From Erysipelothrix larvae (GTDB taxonomy: Bacteria > Bacillota_I > Bacilli_A > Erysipelotrichales > Erysipelotrichaceae), in assembly GCF_001545095.1 (NCBI RefSeq), contig NZ_CP013213.1:1920001-1952000 (forward strand): a stretch of DNA of 32,000 bases, written 5' to 3'. The translations under genes and the position numbers were made by a program. The notes below the pieces were generated by a model. That model had not been told where the DNA came from and did not search any database. It saw only the letters and a list, made by a program, of their open reading frames with translations. Below are positions 24,854 to 32,000 of the stretch, one piece after another. Positions within the stretch are counted from its first letter, which is position 1. Every line of letters starts with the position of its first letter.

Positions 24854-26248
24854 ATGATTCAATTTGGAACTGGAGGCTGGCGTGCAATCATTGGCGATGG
24901 CTTTACAAAAGAAAATGTACAAAAACTCGCACAATCCGTTATCCCTGAACTCAACAATAAGAAAGCTGTGGTAATTGGCTATGATCGGCGTTTCTTATCA
25001 GACATCGCTTCAAAGTGGCTTGCGGAAGTATTTATCGGTAATCATGTTAAGGTATACTTTATGAACGCAGCAGCGCCTACACCCTTAGTCATGTTTGCTG
25101 CCATGAAATACGATGTAGACTATAGCTTTTCGATAACCGCAAGTCATAATCCAGCCGTATATAACGGGATAAAAATCTTTACAAAAGGGGGCCGTGATGC
25201 GACGGAAAAAGTGACACAAAAGCTCTCACAAAATTTAGAACACTTGGCACCTGTACAGTCAATGGATTTTGATAAAGGATTAAAAGAAGGTCGTGTGGAA
25301 ATCATTCAACCTAAGAATGAATACATTGATCATATCTTGAACTTTATTGATGGGGATACAATTCGCAAACGAAATCTGCGCATTCTTGTGGATACAATGC
25401 ATGGGGTATCCAAGACAACACTTTCAATTATCTTAAATACAGTACGCTGTGATGTGGATATTATTAACGATCGACATGACACACTATTTGGAGGCAAACT
25501 ACCAGCTCCTACCTCGCAAACACTCAATAAACTCAGTGATATGGTCAAAGAGAATCATTATGACTTAGGGATTGCTACCGATGGTGATGCAGACCGTATT
25601 GGGATTGTGGATGAGTATGGAAATTACATTCATCCCAATCTACTCATCTCATTGATTTATCAGTATCTATTGGAGGAAAAAGGATGGAAAGGGCCTGTGG
25701 TACGAAACCTTTCTACGACACATCTACTTGATCGTATTGCGAAAGAACACGGTGAAAAATGCATTGAAACACCCGTTGGGTTTAAACACATTTCTTCTGC
25801 TATGCAACAACACCAAGCCATTATTGGTGGTGAATCCAGTGGTGGACTCACAATACGTGGTCATATCAATGGGAAAGATGGAATCTTAGCTGCAAGTATC
25901 TTGGTTGAAATGATTGCAGTTACTAACAAAACGATTCATGAATTGGTTAAAGACCTCTATGCACGGTATGGTTCATGTTATAATGAAGAAAGAGACTACA
26001 GCTTCTCAAACGAAAAGAAAAACGCGTTAATTCATACATTATTTGAACTTAAAGAAATTCCAACGATGCCCTTACCAATTAAAACGGTAAGCTATCTTGA
26101 TGGTTTAAAGATTGTGTTTGAAGATGACTCATGGGTAAGCGCACGCTTTTCAGGCACTGAACCACTCTTGCGCATCTTTGCAGAAGCAGGTTCTAAAGAG
26201 ACTGTAGATTCCTTAGTTAAAACAATGGAAGGATTCTTACAACTATGA
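24854..26248 (+). CDS. Alpha-D-phosphohexomutase family enzyme (phosphoglucomutase/phosphomannomutase-like)
   Basis: Catalytic Ser loop is TASHNPAVYNG, metal loop is DGDADR, sugar loop is GGESSGG, phosphate loop is RFSGTEPLLR. SD is GAGGAGGAG. Confidence 0.9.
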   Translation: MIQFGTGGWRAIIGDGFTKENVQKLAQSVIPELNNKKAVVIGYDRRFLSDIASKWLAEVFIGNHVKVYFMNAAAPTPLVMFAAMKYDVDYSFSITASHNPAVYNGIKIFTKGGRDATEKVTQKLSQNLEHLAPVQSMDFDKGLKEGRVEIIQPKNEYIDHILNFIDGDTIRKRNLRILVDTMHGVSKTTLSIILNTVRCDVDIINDRHDTLFGGKLPAPTSQTLNKLSDMVKENHYDLGIATDGDADRIGIVDEYGNYIHPNLLISLIYQYLLEEKGWKGPVVRNLSTTHLLDRIAKEHGEKCIETPVGFKHISSAMQQHQAIIGGESSGGLTIRGHINGKDGILAASILVEMIAVTNKTIHELVKDLYARYGSCYNEERDYSFSNEKKNALIHTLFELKEIPTMPLPIKTVSYLDGLKIVFEDDSWVSARFSGTEPLLRIFAEAGSKETVDSLVKTMEGFLQL

Positions 26249-26853
26249 TTAAAAACATGATCTTTGATATGGGAAATGTGCTCATGTCATTTTCACCCGA
26301 ATACATCTTAAGTCACTTTACACAAGACCTTGACACGATCAAAGTCCTTAAGGAATCCATCTTCTATTCAGGGTTATGGGCAAGCTTGGATAATGGTGAT
26401 GTCAGCTTTGATGACGCATGTGAGGTTGCATTGAAACGCTGCCCTATGATAGACCCTGCCATCATCAAAGAGCTCTTCTCGACATGGTATCACTATAAAA
26501 TAGAAGATAAGTCAATGACTGAACTTGTGAAAAAACTTAAAGAACACGGGTATAAGATCTATCTTTGTTCAAACGCAGCACCCCTGTTTCATACCTATAA
26601 AGATACCTATGATGTCTTTCAATACTTTGATGGCTTACTCATATCTGGCGATATTAACATATCAAAACCAGATAAAGCAATCTATGAATATCTTTTGAAC
26701 CATTTTGATATCATAGGCCAAGAGTCTTTGTTTATTGATGATTCACTGGCAAACATTCAGGCTGCTTCATCCCTTGGTATTCATACATTTCACTATACAG
26801 GAAGTCTTGAGGCTTTTAAAAAAACCCTTCACAACTTAAACTTACTGCCATAA
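26245..26853 (+). CDS. HAD-superfamily phosphatase, subfamily IA, YihX-like (candidate sugar-1-phosphate phosphatase)
   Basis: Motif I is FDMGNV (D-x-G as in E. coli YihX FDLGNV), motif II is CSNA, motif III is KPD, motif IV is FIDDSLANI. ATGA overlap with the mutase gene. Confidence 0.75.
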   Translation: MIKNMIFDMGNVLMSFSPEYILSHFTQDLDTIKVLKESIFYSGLWASLDNGDVSFDDACEVALKRCPMIDPAIIKELFSTWYHYKIEDKSMTELVKKLKEHGYKIYLCSNAAPLFHTYKDTYDVFQYFDGLLISGDINISKPDKAIYEYLLNHFDIIGQESLFIDDSLANIQAASSLGIHTFHYTGSLEAFKKTLHNLNLLP

Positions 26854-26856
26854 AAC

Positions 26857-26900
26857 AACACCCGCTCGATAACCTTAAGCGGGTGTTTTCATTCATTTTT
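26857..26900 (+). terminator. Rho-independent terminator after the HAD gene
   Basis: Perfect 10-bp stem AACACCCGCT / AGCGGGTGTT with an 11-nt loop, followed by TTTCATTCATTTTTTT. Confidence 0.8.
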
Positions 26901-27154
26901 TTATGTACCCAACGTGCTCTAGATTCTTATGATTTTAGCTGTTGGTGTCATGACTTCATGAGTGTTATGGGCTGGTTTACATTCCCCCATTACCTGTTAT
27001 TGCCCCCAATAAAAAAATACACGCTCAGTAGCTGTGTATCTTGTGTTTCACTTTAATAGGTGATTTTTATTTTTTTAATTACAACGTGATAAAATCTGTT
27101 TTAAAACCGTGTTCATCTTTATTTTTTTAAAATGAGATAAACCATGGGGGTTTA

Positions 27155-27946
27155 TCATATCGATAAAGACAGGTATGCGAAGAATAACGTATAAAAGCGT
27201 GATGAATTATAATGGGAATCTAAGACTGTGAGTTCTTCACCAAGAACAATAGGAATCAATGTATCAGACTCATCTTGGGTGTGAAGAATTGTGGACGAAC
27301 CCACTACATAGATCTGATTATCTTGGTGCTTCAGTACATCAATAAGGTCTCTATTTTCTTCAATCCATTCTCCTGTTGTGGAAATCACAATCACCACATT
27401 GCATGATTTAGTCAGTTTTATGATGAAATCATGATCTGATTTACGGGCTATTTTGAAACAATCTATGCCTTCACAATTACAAGTCTTAATGAATATGACC
27501 GCAGCACTTGAGGCATAATCTGGTGATATAATACAGACACTTTTGGTTTCAATGATGTCTTGTGATAGTTTTTGAGCATTTAAATTCTTGCCAATATTAT
27601 TAAGAATTAGGGTTGTGAGTTGTGAGTCATAAATCAAAAAAGCATCCATGTATTGCTCACGTGGATAGGATTCACGAATATGAGCAATTTTGGAGTCATT
27701 AAAGGGAATGTCAGGAAGACAGGCTTTGAGGTCATTATATCCTTCAAACCCTAATTTCTTACAGAATTTACTGACAGTGCTTGGCGTTACGTTTGCATTG
27801 TGTGCAATCTCTTCAATTTTCATCTGTGAAATTTCTTCAAATCGATTAACAAGTTCTAAAGCAATCGCATACTCTGCAGAATTTTTAGTATTATTCTGCA
27901 TAAAGTACATGAGTTCATTCCACAAATAACGAGAAATGTTTTTCAT
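27155..27946 (-). CDS. RpiR/MurR-family transcriptional regulator (HTH_6 plus SIS domain)
   Basis: The HTH is IEEIAHNANVTPSTVSKFCKKLGFEGYNDLK, followed by a C-terminal SIS-like domain. Confidence 0.85.
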   Translation of the reverse strand: MKNISRYLWNELMYFMQNNTKNSAEYAIALELVNRFEEISQMKIEEIAHNANVTPSTVSKFCKKLGFEGYNDLKACLPDIPFNDSKIAHIRESYPREQYMDAFLIYDSQLTTLILNNIGKNLNAQKLSQDIIETKSVCIISPDYASSAAVIFIKTCNCEGIDCFKIARKSDHDFIIKLTKSCNVVIVISTTGEWIEENRDLIDVLKHQDNQIYVVGSSTILHTQDESDTLIPIVLGEELTVLDSHYNSSRFYTLFFAYLSLSI

Positions 27947-28115
27947 TGTACCCCTCCCTTAGGTGCTTGTATCTATTAATCGTACCATAATACGTCCAAT
28001 AATTATAGTCCTTGGGGTTTAAAAACCGTGTCGAGTTTTGGACATTAAACCTTTTAAAAAGTTGTGTCATAGTGTGGTAAAGTTTAAGTGTAAACCAATT
28101 GGTAAAAACCATCAT

Positions 28116-28144
28116 CCATTGATAAGTACGCGTGATATCAATGG
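28116..28144. promoter_or_regulatory. Inverted repeat CCATTGATA-N11-TATCAATGG in the RpiR / EIIC divergent region (candidate operator)
   Basis: Perfect 9-bp arms. A 10-bp perfect palindrome ACCAATTGGT lies nearby at 28094-28103. Confidence 0.35.
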
Positions 28145-28287
28145 ATTGATTCCTTACACTTAATGTTTGTAAGATGCATGACGATAATTTAAATGTAACA
28201 CCTTCTCCTTTTCTTTTGGAGATGATTTATCCCACCCTTGCGTGTGTACTTTCACGTATTTGGTGATGTACGACCATTTTTCATACG

Positions 28288-31033
<2,746 letters not shown>

Positions 31034-31048
31034 AAATAGTATAGGTGA

Positions 31049-32000
<952 letters not shown>

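Noticed and set aside
27915-28115. 66-aa minus-strand ORF upstream of the RpiR gene
   Set aside because: It overlaps the RpiR start region and the divergent promoter or operator region, and has no SD.

Overview
Low-GC Bacillota-type chromosomal segment, with gene content and codon usage typical of Firmicutes; I cannot assign a species. All calls come from reading the sequence and ORF translations by eye, with no database searches.

Layout, left to right:
(1) Start of a capsule/exopolysaccharide locus on the minus strand, in the order modulator, BY-kinase, PHP phosphatase (cpsC-cpsD-cpsB / ywqCDE order).
(2) Two directly repeated, essentially identical 2,525-bp ISL3-family insertion sequences (2221-4745 and 9238-11762). 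Each has its own 8-bp target-site duplication. Together they bracket a 4.5-kb module encoding a 658-aa repeat-containing surface protein, a 181-aa secreted protein, a TCYPF-type sortase and a polytopic membrane protein.
(3) A 72-aa signal-peptide-plus-anchor stub gene, a TrkH/KtrB-family K+ transporter, a DAACS symporter, a CarD-like protein, a small membrane protein, and a DUF3284-like protein with an orphan PTS EIIC.
(4) A five-gene minus-strand operon made of an AfuA/FbpA-like binding protein, an ATPase, a double permease and a YesM/YesN-type two-component system. It is divergent from a phosphohexomutase and a YihX-like HAD phosphatase.
(5) An RpiR regulator divergent from a second PTS EIIC and two tandem GH1 phospho-beta-glycosidase paralogs.

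Observations most worth follow-up:
- Both GH1 paralogs have Gln in place of the catalytic acid/base Glu (NQIN instead of NEIN).
- The transporter, kinase and mutase/phosphatase cluster looks like a sugar-phosphate uptake system rather than an iron transporter.
- The IS pair shows terminator-associated insertion sites and an extra zinc-ribbon ORF.
- The sortase module's candidate substrates lack LPXTG.

No rRNA, tRNA or CRISPR array was seen.
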